From NCBI GenBank assembly GCA_013265495.1, contig MU058444.1:1736001-1800000 (forward strand): a stretch of 64,000 nt of DNA, given 5' to 3'. A model generated the notes under the pieces. It was not told the DNA's origin and searched no databases. It was given only the letters and a program-made list of their open reading frames with translations. Below are positions 52,671 through 64,000 of this stretch, in pieces. Every line of letters begins with the position of its first letter. Positions within the stretch are counted from its first letter, which is position 1. Source of the DNA: Vicugna vicugna (taxonomy: Eukaryota). Made by a program: the position numbers and the translations under genes.

Positions 52671-54492
52671 AGAATTCATACCCAACATTAGAAGTGCTAC
52701 CCGTCGCTAACTCACTCACCCAGTAGAAAAGTGCTGAACCCATCGGCAGAGCAGAATACCCCACTGGGTAGCTTTCGGTCAAGTCTATAGTAAGATAAAT
52801 CACTTTGATATCTTCACCTGGAATAATAGGAGCGTTGTATTATTTCTTTCTAGAAACTAGAGAATGGTACCTTTTTACCAAATTTCCCTCATCATTTAAT
52901 TGACACGGATCCATCTACTAAATTTTTCCACTTTTTGAGAGATCAGTGTTTGTCCCTCTCCTTCATAATCCTGGAGGGAAAAGATAACCCCTATGAGATG
53001 TTTTCACTGCTTTCTGAATTGAAACAACATGAAATAAACCAGTTCCTCCATTATACTGATGTTATCTGGCTTTTCAGGACAGGAGTCACTGGGGACATTG
53101 AGAAGATGAACAACACACCAAAACATCAGCCTTGCAGTCTAACCAGCAGATTTGCTAACTAGCAGGTCTGTTTTGAGTCACACAGTAATCAGAAAACCCC
53201 ATTTTCCTAACTTAATTTAGTTTGCGTTGTTTGTGCGATGTGTTCTCTGCTTTGTTTTGCTTTTACGGAACGCTGTATGCCGCCTGGTGTCTTCAGTGTC
53301 ACCGTTTATGTGAAAATCAGACAGTCCTCACTTCCAAGAAGAACAGAACAAGGCAACAAAGCTCACAGAGGCAAGATTTATGTTAGCAGGAGAAGGAAGC
53401 CTCTGATGAGACGATTAGACGTGAAAATGGGTCATTAAGAAAAACTGAGAAATGCTTTCTTTGGCTTTTTTTTTTTTTTAAGACCAGTTTCTCATCTTTG
53501 TGGAATGGCTTCCAACACTTGAATGGACTCTGAATCACCCAACGGCTTTTTCAAGCCTGTAACGGCAACATGGAGGGTCTTCAAAGGCACTAGGGAAGCA
53601 ACTTTCTCAATAACTAAGAGCAGAGCGCCCCTCCAGATCACCGAAACCCTGCAATGCTGGTTTTGTGACCTTGACTTGGAGCCACTGGGACGTACCAGGA
53701 AACCACAACTCTGGGCAGATGCACATGTCATGTGCAAACATTTACCAGATGTGAGATTCCTATGATCTAGGCTGAGCAGTAGAAACAAAACAGGAATTTG
53801 CTGTGTAATCTGACGGGCCAGTTCCTCGGTGGGTTGGCAGGTGAGAGGCCCGGTCTCACCTTTAGGCAGAGCTGATGAGGTGTGATTTGGAAGCAGAGGA
53901 AACCTCTTAAGCCCCACCCCACCCCCCAATTAAAACCAAGCCCAGACCCTTGGTAAGCTTGCAACTCCACCAAGAAAGATTTACTTCTTCAGATGAGGAA
54001 TTCTATCCCTGTTAAAATGAAAGCTCCCTTAGGAGACATAAACTGTTAATCAGCTATTTATACTTCAGTAAATGAATTTGAAATCCTGTCTTGACAGCTG
54101 GTTTTGATAAGAATACATGAAGCGTGGTTGTTTGGATTGTAATAGAGAGGGGGAAAAGTCTTTAAGAGAGAGAAGTTAATAAAGGAATGACTCTTTTACC
54201 ACTCTTATTTGTCTGTTCATTCAACAATATTTACGACTTCCACATTTCGGGCAACGTGGCATTAATCTGAAGCGTTGGGAATTCAAAGACGGAAAAGCTT
54301 AGTTAATGGCCTTTAAAAACGTAGGTTTCAGCGGAAGACAACAACTACACAGTTCCCATCGAAGAAGAGAGATGTGAAAGGAGGTGTGTGCAAGGGGAAC
54401 TCAGAGAAATGAAGACCTAAATCCACCCACCAGAGAGGAGATGGCAGAGTTCTCCAAGAGGAAAATAAAAAAGGAAAAAGAAAATTTATTTT

Positions 54493-54595
54493 TGGGGGGG
54501 TGGGTATAGCTCAGTTGGTAGAGTGCATGCTCAGCATGTGTGAGCTAGTTGGTTCGATCCCCAGTACATCCATTTAAAAGAAAGAAAGGAAAAAG
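54493..54595 (+). mobile_element. tRNA-derived SINE (Vic-1-like, short)
   Basis: GGGTGGGTATAGCTCAGTTGGTAGAGTGCATGC...GGTTCGATCCCCAGTACATCCA followed by an A-rich tail. Confidence 0.85.
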
Positions 54596-54789
54596 GAAAA
54601 TTTTCCAAGAGAAGATTAAGTCTGACCCACGACTTGAAGGAGAGCCAGGGATTTGGAGATAACCTCAGGAGAGGAAGACAGTACCTGATTATGTCCCAAA
54701 ACATTAGCAAGCAGGATGCACTCACTGAAACAGCATCCCTGAAGTAGCAGTTCTGGAGTGAAGTCCCTGGAGGGGGAAGAGGGGCAGGG

Positions 54790-55158
54790 TCTTGATCAGC
54801 TCAGGCTGCTGTAACAAAATACCAGAGCCTGGGCGTGGTTTAAACAACGGACATGTATTTCCTCACAGCTGTGGAGGCTGGCAATCCGAGATCAGGGTGC
54901 CAGCATGGCTGGGCTCTGGTCAAGCTCTCTGTGGCTTGGCCGCCATCTTGCTTGGCTGTGTGTCTGTACTGGGTGATGGGGGACAAGCTCTCTGACGTCT
55001 CTTCTTCTAAGAACACTAATCCTGTAGTATTGGAGCCCCACCCTTATGTCCTCATGTTCACTTTATGTCTTCAGTTCTCTCCTTATGGGACCATTCTCCA
55101 GAGACAGGTGAGGGCTCTGACACCTGAATGTGGAGGAGACACAATTCAGTCCACAGCA
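54790..55158 (-). mobile_element. MaLR solo LTR (MLT1A-like)
   Basis: ggctgctgtaacaaaatacca...tttcctcacagctgtggaggctgg...ggagacacaattcagtccacagca. Confidence 0.8.
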
Positions 55159-55372
55159 GGCGGTGAGGGAAATGAATGACGATGGTGGAGCAGGTACTCA
55201 GCAAACAAACCTTTTAAATAGAGTGAAGAGGAATGGACTTTGTCTTTAAAGATCATTCTAGGATTCTACAGATTTTCGGTAGAGGGGGACAGATTCTGAT
55301 TCACATTTTAGAAAGCTCCCTATGGCAGCAAAAGAGAGAAGGATGTTCAGAAAACAGAAAGGTCCCTGTGAA

Positions 55373-55580
55373 AAACTACTGTATATAAAAGAGATAAACA
55401 AGGCCCTACTGTACAGCACAGGGAACTGTATCCAATAGCTTGTAACAGCCTATAATGAAAAAGAACGTGTATGTGTATGTGTGTGTGTGTGTGTATCTGA
55501 GCCACTATGCTGTACACCAGAAACTAACACAACACTGTAAATCAACTATACTTCAATAAAAATAAATTAATAAAATAAAA
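55373..55580 (+). mobile_element. L1 3' end with (GT)n
   Basis: ctactgtacagcacagggaactgtatccaat...aatcaactatacttcaataaaaataaa. Confidence 0.85.
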
Positions 55581-55999
55581 TCTCTGTATTAAACAAAAAT
55601 AAATTTCTAACAGTACAAGAATAACTAAATGCTGGTTCATGTGCATGCTGGATATACACACATATAGAGGCATGAAATGCATGTGTTGCAAGAACATTTA
55701 ATATTGTAAAAAATAAGAACAAAATTCAAAATACAAAACTATACAGTAAGCTGATTGTGTAGATATATACATCTCTCTTTCTAGAAATGTCAAAAATTAT
55801 TTTCTAGATAGTAGCATTATGAACATAATTTTTTCATTATGTTTTCCTGTGTTTTCCCAATATTTTTATAAAGAACATATATTGTTTTAAAATCAGAAAT
55901 AATTAACTTACTTTTAAACTTCTAAATGTCTTTAGGCACGGGTAACATATGTCAAAAGGAGGGTTCTTCCCGCCACCAGAAGAACACATAGTTGAATTA

Positions 56000-56335
56000 T
56001 TCTCTTCCAATCAGGAAAGGTTAAGCTGTGCTGAATGGCAAACATATCCAAAAATGGTAGTGCCTTTTAACAACAAAGGCTTATGTTGTGCTCATATTAT
56101 ATACCCACCATGGGCTGCCCAGGGGCTCTGCTTATTCATATCACTCATGTTAGGACCCATCCTGAGGAGCGTGGCCATCTGCCTTGGCAGAGATAAAGAC
56201 CTCTGGAGGGTCTCAAACCAGCAATAAAATGTTCCAATCCAGAAACACATGTTGATTTCCACTGAACTCATTGACCGGAACTAACATGGGGCCAGGAGAG
56301 GTCAACCTATCGTGTGCCTGAAATATACTGGGCAA
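56000..56335 (-). mobile_element. Old MaLR LTR fragment (MLT1J/K-like)
   Basis: aatcaggaaaggttaagctgtgctg...acaacaaaggcttat...tttccactgaactcattgaccggaactaacatgg; weak match. Confidence 0.45.
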
Positions 56336-56926
56336 ACAGAGTTAGTTAAGGATCACATATAACTACAAATTCATCAGCCCCCACCTCCAGAAAAGAAACC
56401 ATGGAGGGAACTTTATGGCAGTGTTGTTCAAACTGCAGACCCTGACCCATCAGTGGGATGTGAAATCAGTTCAATGTGTCACAACCAGTGTTTTTTCCCA
56501 ACAGAATCAGTGGAAGAGGAAACGTCAGAACATAATGCCTGTAGAAAAGGTAGATATTTATCATGAAACAAGATTCGATACACATCTATCAAAAAGTACA
56601 GATTGTGCCACAATGTGAAACAGCCTCCTGTGGGTCCTGTAAAAAAAATAAATTTTAAAGCCATTGTTCTATGGGAGCCCCAGGTAGGCCAGATACATAG
56701 AAACATAATAGCTTCCAAACTGGCTCTTCTGATGCAATGTTGTGTGACTACCCCTGAAGGGAAACCAATCAGTGTCAAAGAACGGAGTCCAAGTCTTACC
56801 CTTTCTTTAAATATAATGCTCTCTCACTAATAAGTAAATAAAGAAATACCATGAAGAGACTTGTATTTTAACACCTTTCAAGTATTAAGAATTCCATACC
56901 TTTTCATTTCTCCTAAAACAAAAAAC

Positions 56927-57095
56927 TTCAAGGACCTACTGTATAGGACAGGGAGCTATATTCAATATCTTGTAATAACCTATCATGGAAAAGAATCCAA
57001 AAAGAATATATATATGTGTACATATACACAACGAATCACTTTGCTGTACACCTGAAACTAACAAAACATAAATTACCTATACGTCAGTAAGAAAG
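56927..57095 (+). mobile_element. L1 3' tail
   Basis: caaggacctactgtataggacagggagctatattcaatatcttgtaataacc...tgctgtacacctgaaactaaca. Confidence 0.85.
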
Positions 57096-58824
57096 GAAAA
57101 TATAACAGTACTTATCTCGTAGGGATGTTGTGGATATGATATTGAATATTCATATGTGTTATATTATTTCCTCCTCTGCCTTGCACATAATAAACACTCA
57201 GTGTTAGCAATAAATGCGATCATTATCATGGATAAGAAGATTTCAAGCTTCGAAAGATTTTTCCACACTTCAACAGATAATTCTACAGAGCCTCATTTTA
57301 TTTGGTAGGAACATACACAATTCTTACATTAATGGCATACTTGACCAAGATGAATGGTAATAAAAATTCTTTGACTTTGTCTTGCTGTAAGTTGATAAAC
57401 TTACAACACAACGTCGTGGATGACTTTTATCAGGCTTATGTTCAGGGCAGAATGCGTATGTCAAAATTGCAAAATACCTATTGCCTCTAACTCCTTGTCA
57501 CAGACAATATTCCCAATTTCCAACATTCTACTTCATATGGCCAGCTAACAAAATTCAAATCTGAAATATGCACATTCTATGTGAGGTTGGGGGGGTGCAG
57601 TATTTATTGAGTTTTAAATTTCTCCTTTACAAAGTGAATTTATCTTAACTCTTACTTTCTATCTTCCATGTGAAATGTTTATAAAGCACTGACCAAAAAG
57701 CCAGCACTTCAACCCATTTCAGTGTTTTCTCCCTTCCCTTCAAATACACTGCCATGCTTTTTCTTACCCACCCTTCACAGCCCTGCCAGTTCAAAAGACA
57801 GCCTTTTGTTTTACAGGGAAAATGCTTGCTAAACTGCCAAGGATCACAGACAAATGCCTCATGCAATCCAGCCTTCCTTTCTCTCCCAGATGCCCCTCTG
57901 CCTCCCTAGGTATGTCAGAGGTTTCCGGAGGGGAAAAACGAGCCGACACGAACTAATACAATCGACCATCCTGACATTCAAGAAAACCAGATAAAACATG
58001 ACTAGCTGTGCTGAGAGAACGGAAAATGGAAAGACCATCCTCAAAAATACGCGCGTGTGCACTTTCTTACCAGGTAAAAGGAAGCCCGGGCAGGGAAAAC
58101 CGATGAACATCCTGCATTTGTTAATTAAAGCAGCATTATATTCAGATCAAGAATAGTGCCTTGTCTGAAAGTGATGACTCACCATACCCAGTTCCTTCCT
58201 GGACTTACTCAGTTAGGTGTGGAGGAAAAGGCTTGTCCTGGCAGCCGGACCATCTGTTTCCCAGGCCCGGCGAGGCCACTAAGACACCAAAGGAATCTGG
58301 GCAAGACAACTTGAAGCCTGGCTGGACTGCAGTACCTCCTCTATAAAGTCCCAAGGGGAAGACATGAGTGAGCCAAAGGAGCTCTTCCATTTCAAATTGG
58401 CCGTGGTTCTGTTCTCTTGAAATTTATCTTCTTACGTTTGCCAGTAAGTACAAGGCTAATAATTAGCTTCTTAAAGCCGACCTCCCCCGGCGGTCATTTC
58501 TTTCCACTTTCCCCAACTGAATCCACTAGATCTAATACATTCTGAATTTTCTGTAAGTGTGCATTTTGTACTCAAAATGATCATGTCTATTTCTATGGTA
58601 TTCAAAGAGCTCCAGAGAGATGCCCGGTACCATTCTGATCATTCTCTTCCCATGAAAGTTTCATTGTCATTGCTGCCAAGATTTCAGACAAAAAATAATC
58701 CCCTGAAAACCGTCCTCCTTTCAAACAACTGACAAGTACCACACCAATCCCACCGAATGCCTGAAGTATGGTTTCGGATCCTAAAATGTGGGATTTCTTG
58801 AACTGTTTTACATTGTTCTCCCCA

Positions 58825-58861
58825 ACACACACACACACACACGCACACACACACACACACA
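58825..58861. repeat. (CA)n microsatellite
   Basis: acacacacacacacacacgcacacacacacacacaca. Confidence 0.95.
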
Positions 58862-60169
58862 AAAGTTAGCAAATAAATACCACAGTCAAATTCAGATTAT
58901 TTGCCAACTGGGATGGTGAGAGAGAACTAGTCCTGATAATCTTAAATGGCAGAGAGTAGAGGTACCTCTGCCATCAGGCACTGGAATGTCTTTTACTCTT
59001 ATATTTGGGGGGAAAAAAAAGTATGCCTGGCATTCTGGAAGGTGACAATACTGTACTTCAGATGGCGTACATAATAAAACTTTCCTAGGAAAAACCAACC
59101 CCAGGGAACTAGAAAATGTTCCACTCTATAAATATTTTGGGTCACACCTTGGCCAACGAGAACAGGGAGCAATGTTTAAAAAGATTATCTTTCAATCCCT
59201 GTTATGTGAGACCAGGGGGATTAAGAGACTGAATTAGAGGAGGTGACACTGTCATTAAATCATTATAAAAATTCTTGCAGAAAGGGGCCCTAAAAGGGAA
59301 CGTAAGACCCAAACTCAAGATAGTATTTTTATCACCAGACTGGCCATCTGCAAGGCAAGAAAGTCAGGAGGGAAATTCTCATCCCTTGCTGTTCGCTCCA
59401 AAGCTGGTCGGTTACAGTCTCTCATGCAGACTTCCAGATTCCACGGTGAAAGCAGAAACAGCTGCACTGGTCTGTCCCTGCTGGAAGCTGACTTTTTTCT
59501 AGCAAGTGCCAAGTGCAGGCTCAGAAGTACAGTCAGACATTATCCAAAAGGAGATGTTCTTTTTTTTTTTTCTTTTCTATATCATCCAAATGCTGTTCAG
59601 AAGAAATTGCGAATGAGATCTCTAAAGCCATATCACCCATGGCCCAAAGGAGCCAAATGGCTGTCCACATATTTGCTTGGTCCAGAATGTTCACAGCAGA
59701 AGTAATAAAGCAGACACCCAAATGACTTTTGTTCCTTTCCACAATTACAGGTATTTTAGAAGACTGTCAGATGAATACTTGGCGTGACCCTGAACGCGAT
59801 GGCCTGTATTGCTGGGGAGGTCAGTGGAACAGTGCTCTCAGAGCTGGAAGAACAAAGATGCTCAGAGCAGGAGAAGGAAAAACACCCTGACAGAGGTGGG
59901 TGCCTCTCAGACTGAGAAGGAAGTGGTTTGTGCAAATGAGGAAGAACCGTGGCCTCCTGGACACTATGCAGCTCTCGGGAAGCCATGAGTCTGGGCTCTT
60001 GGACTGGATGGGCAGAGCCGGTCTCAGGTGGGTTCCCCCACAAACAAACCCAAGAGGAACAGGAGGCAGCCGTGTCCAGATGACATGGCACTGTACTCTG
60101 TATGACCCACAATCATTAGGGGCAAGTTACAGGAAAGAGAACAGATCCCGGAAGCAGGAAACACGAAAC

Positions 60170-61770
60170 TGCAAACACAAAGATGGAGCAACAAAAACTA
60201 GCATCATGGAGGAAAAGCCCACAAACTCAGCAAATGCAGTAACTAACAGCCACAGAAACAGAGTTAACAACAGCACAAAGAAGTCTAGCTTCACTGTCAT
60301 TCATGTAATTAGAGAGATGTGTAAGAATATTTGAATATGCATATTAATATATTCAGAGGTATATGTGAGAATGATTGAAGAGGGAAGTAGCCAGATGGAA
60401 AAAGCAAGCTGAAGAATTCTACCAGGTTTCAATGCAGAAGGATACAGATCTTACAAAATATTAAAAAAGAGTTTCCAGAAGAAAAAAAAATACAGTGACA
60501 TATATATTGAAGAAATAATAGAAGAAAAAGTCAAAGAAAAGCTTTCTGAGCTAAATAATGATTTGAACCTTCAGATTGAGAGGGTCTCACAAGTACCAAA
60601 TTGTTTGAATGTGGTGGGAAGTCGGGGGAAACCTTCTAGACACATAATGATGAAAAATCATAATTCAAAGGATAAAGCAAAATATCCTGAGAGTTTCTAG
60701 TGTGGGGGAGGAGTTGTGGGAGGGAGCAGGGATGAAGGAAATCTAGAAAGAAATAAAATTCAGATTGTCTAAAGTCTATTATCACAAAAGAAAAGCTAAA
60801 AGACAATGGGTCAAAAATCTTCAAATTTCTGCAGGAAGACAGTTTTGGACCTAGTCAAAGAAACATTCATTTTTGAACATTTTGAACATCTGAACATTAA
60901 AGAACTCTTAGGTCTACCATCTAGTCACTCTCCAGAAAAATAACCAGAAGATAAAACTAAGAGCTATTTGTGGGATAGAAACTGTTTTTTAAAAAAAATC
61001 AACAAAACTGGCTGCCCTCCCCTAACCATTCTTTCAAAATAAACTTCATTCTAACATTGTTACTAAAAAAAAAAAAGTTAATAACATTCTAGAAATAAAA
61101 CACAAGCTCTCAGATTGTGAGCTGGCTATGGAATGGGGGATGGGAGCAGTGTATCACGGGATGCAAATGTGAACATGACAAGTAAATTATCTTGAGGGAG
61201 GGGATAGATACCAACTAGCTATTAGTAGGAATATACAAGTTTTAACTGATATATAGAAATGATACAGTAATCACTATCCTATAAATAGGAATATAACTTC
61301 CAGAGATAACTGGTAGAGGAAGAAAATGAAGTAAACTTAAGTAATTCTAAACAGATGGAAAAACTAACAGTAACCATTACAATAAAGAATAAGAAAACAT
61401 GATAAAAATAGAAAGGAAAATGCAAAGAAGGAGTTCAAACATATTAGTAATCACAATAACATTTAATACATTAAATTCGACTATTTAGAATTCAGAAATA
61501 TTTGATTGTTTTTAAGCCCACCTATATGCTTCTTACAAGAAACCCACTTATAATTCAGTAACAACAAATGATGAAAATAAAATGGCAGAAAAATATGCCT
61601 ATAAATATTATATTACTTATTAGAAAGCATTTATTAGAAATAATGCTAATAAAACAAAATAGAGCACATAAAATAGAACTGAAGGCAAAAAAGCATTAAA
61701 CAAGACCAAGAAAGGAATATTTCATATCTATAAGAGATCAGTTTCCTAAGAAATAAGTTATAAAACTGTA
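60170..61770 (+). mobile_element. Very old L1 (ORF1 and endonuclease region), decayed
   Basis: gaagaaataatagaagaaaa...ttcagattgagagggtctcacaagtacca (ORF1-like) and atattagtaatcacaataa...cacctatatgcttcttacaagaaaccc (EN-like). Confidence 0.6.
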
Positions 61771-64000
61771 TCCATTTGTATCTGATTATTTTGACATGAA
61801 CATTTCTGTATATAAATTTGTTTACTTTATTCCCTATCTATTATGTCTAAAGACACATTTACCGTTAAACATCATTTTTAACACTGTTGCATGATCAATG
61901 CAAACATCAACCTTCTCTCTCTAGTCTTACACATTTAGGATATTTTCTGTATCTAACTTATACAAATAGTATAATAATAAACACCTCTAGAAGTATTCTG
62001 TCTGGGGAAAAAAAAAGAAAGAATACAGATGTGGTGAAATTGACAACACAACTGACAGATCCACCAACCAAAGGAGCCTCAGATCCTCAGACCCCCAGAA
62101 AGAGAAACTGACGCTGGTAACACGGGAACTGACTGGTCTTCTCCAGCTCAGCCCAGACACTTCTGAAGAGCTCAGAGCCACAACACGCACACCAGGCAAC
62201 CGTTAATGGCAGACACGTGCTCTTCCCCATGAACAGTACTGTCTCTACTAATACGTTGGAAAGCTGAACAATGCATTGCAAACCTTTGTCTTCCCTCTTA
62301 ACATTTCTTTTCATAAGAATATCAGCTCTGTAAAGTAAACACAAGGCAAATATTCAGGGAGAAGAGGACTCTAGCTCAGGTATTAAAGCGAGGTACCACC
62401 ATTGCCTAGAACCACTGGGGAAGACTTATTTGGAATTCACAGTGGTCCACAGAAAACTTTCCACAGCTCCTCCAGTGGGTCCTCATACCTGCCCTCCTTC
62501 TTCCTTCTGCTCAAAATCCCTTCTCCTTTGCAGATTCAGAGATGGCCACAACTGAGGATTTCTCCCACTGGAGGGGCACAGTGCCTGGTACTTTTGCTTG
62601 GAGGAGATTCCACAAATTAATCAGCACTGGAACAGCTGAGCTGCAAGGGTTTTTCAAGCAAGGTGTAGTCCATCGGGGGAACTGAGCAGTCACACTGCAT
62701 CGTTTTCTTTAATGAAGGAATCTATTCTAGGAATGACACTGTAATGATAACTCGAAAGGCAGAAAAGGTATGTTTCTCTGCTGAAATCTGCCTCCTCGAG
62801 ATTTTCCCTATTTTTCTCTGTTGACCAAACATTCCGAGCAATTATCACACACTTCTTACAGCTTCCAAAGCTCATCGTTCATTTTTCCTAAAATTCAATA
62901 AAAGTGCATTTACTCATCACCAGTTGACAGGTGCACCTGAATACTGATGACCTCCTTCTCTCCCAACGAATGGCTTCCATCACCTGCTTCCCTCACTTTT
63001 ATCGCCTTCTTTAAGAAATACACTGCATGAGAGTTATTCCTCTTCAAGATACCTTCCTTTTACAGTACACTTCCCTTTACAGTACATATCTCTTGAAAGA
63101 TATCCCATGTCTTGATGGGTCATCTTCTTCTGGATTTTTCCTCTTTGGTTGGCTATTGACAGATCTATGCTCAGCCAACTGACCATGGCCTTGCATCCAG
63201 AAATGACAACACGCTCACTGCTTCAGTGACCACTTCTACAGAAGGGCTCCAGGTCCCATGTATGGACTCTTATTTCCTACTCTCCCAACACTAAACTCTC
63301 CACTCCCATCAGGCAAGTCCTCCAAACCCCGTCCATAAGCCATACCCATCCCCAGTTTTAAGCCTCTTTTCAACGACACATCTTAATTTGTGAAATGTAG
63401 ACCAGGGCTCAGGGTCTGAGCAATAAATAGGAGAAACTTACAGAAAGGAGAGAAGAAATCAAGATCTGAAGACCAAGAGCACATGGGCCTCCGGGAAACC
63501 CACAAGGCTGATGGTTAAGAGCAGGCGTGAGCCCAGCCACGTCAGCCGGCACAGAGCAGCACCGATGTGCAGGCTGTACAGCAGTGAACTGCCCTGTGCC
63601 CACGCCGGGCGGTTGATTGCCCTGGCTTTTCTGGTTTGTTAAATATTCTAAACCTCACTCCTGTCTGTGAGCACTTGCAAAACCTACAAACGGACTGTGT
63701 TGTAAACACTACACGACGCTTGTTATCTGCCAAGAACAGATCACATCACACTGACCGGTACTTTTTTGATCGGAGTACTAGGCTGACATCAGGAGAAAAC
63801 TGTACTTACAGTTCTTCCACAATGAAAGCAGATAAGTGTAATCTGGATATAAAAGTAATTAACTGGCACCCCAGTGGAGAGTAACAGCTGATGACAACCC
63901 AGCAGGAGGTTTCTAGAGGCAGGGTTTAGAATTCTGCCATCTGCCCTGTCCCGTTCATTGGTTATTCACAATTTGAGTGAGGAGAATGATGGTCTGCAAA

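Noticed and set aside
54493..54572. tRNA-like sequence with A and B boxes (also 12496, 14072, 40205, 40702)
   Set aside because: SINE heads with A-rich tails and TSDs; cloverleaf pairing is disrupted, so not called as tRNA genes.
58396..58406. ATTGG-C-CGTGG, resembling an ER-stress element
   Set aside because: ERSE-II is ATTGG-N-CCACG; here the second half is in the wrong orientation.
59900..60334. 144-aa plus-strand ORF
   Set aside because: Non-ATG start, no recognisable domain, and it runs into decayed L1 sequence.

Overview
AT-rich mammalian genomic DNA, not a prokaryotic or viral locus. The minus strand carries the 5' coding part of COL21A1 (collagen XXI alpha 1, a FACIT collagen). Eight coding exons, all with GT-AG boundaries and matching phases, join into 1365 nt (455 codons): signal peptide, VWA domain with intact MIDAS, TSPN domain, a 9-nt microexon (NGE) and the first Gly-X-Y triplets. 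The rest of the collagen region lies left of the window. Positions 24694-64000 are read as upstream intron, dense in repeats. The tRNA-derived SINEs resemble Vic-1 and, together with the L1 3' ends, suggest a camelid genome (inference from recalled consensus sequences). Almost all other ORFs in the track are spurious or repeat-derived. I found no new multi-gene system. The most unusual observations are a TSD-flanked tailless retrocopy of a 5' tRNA-Glu(CTC) half, an L1 with a short 3' transduction, the microexon, a candidate alternative promoter/first exon, inverted SINE/L1 pairs, a 3x58-bp palindrome-bearing tandem repeat and patches of apparent GC-biased substitution. Repeat family names and many repeat boundaries are by eye and approximate.
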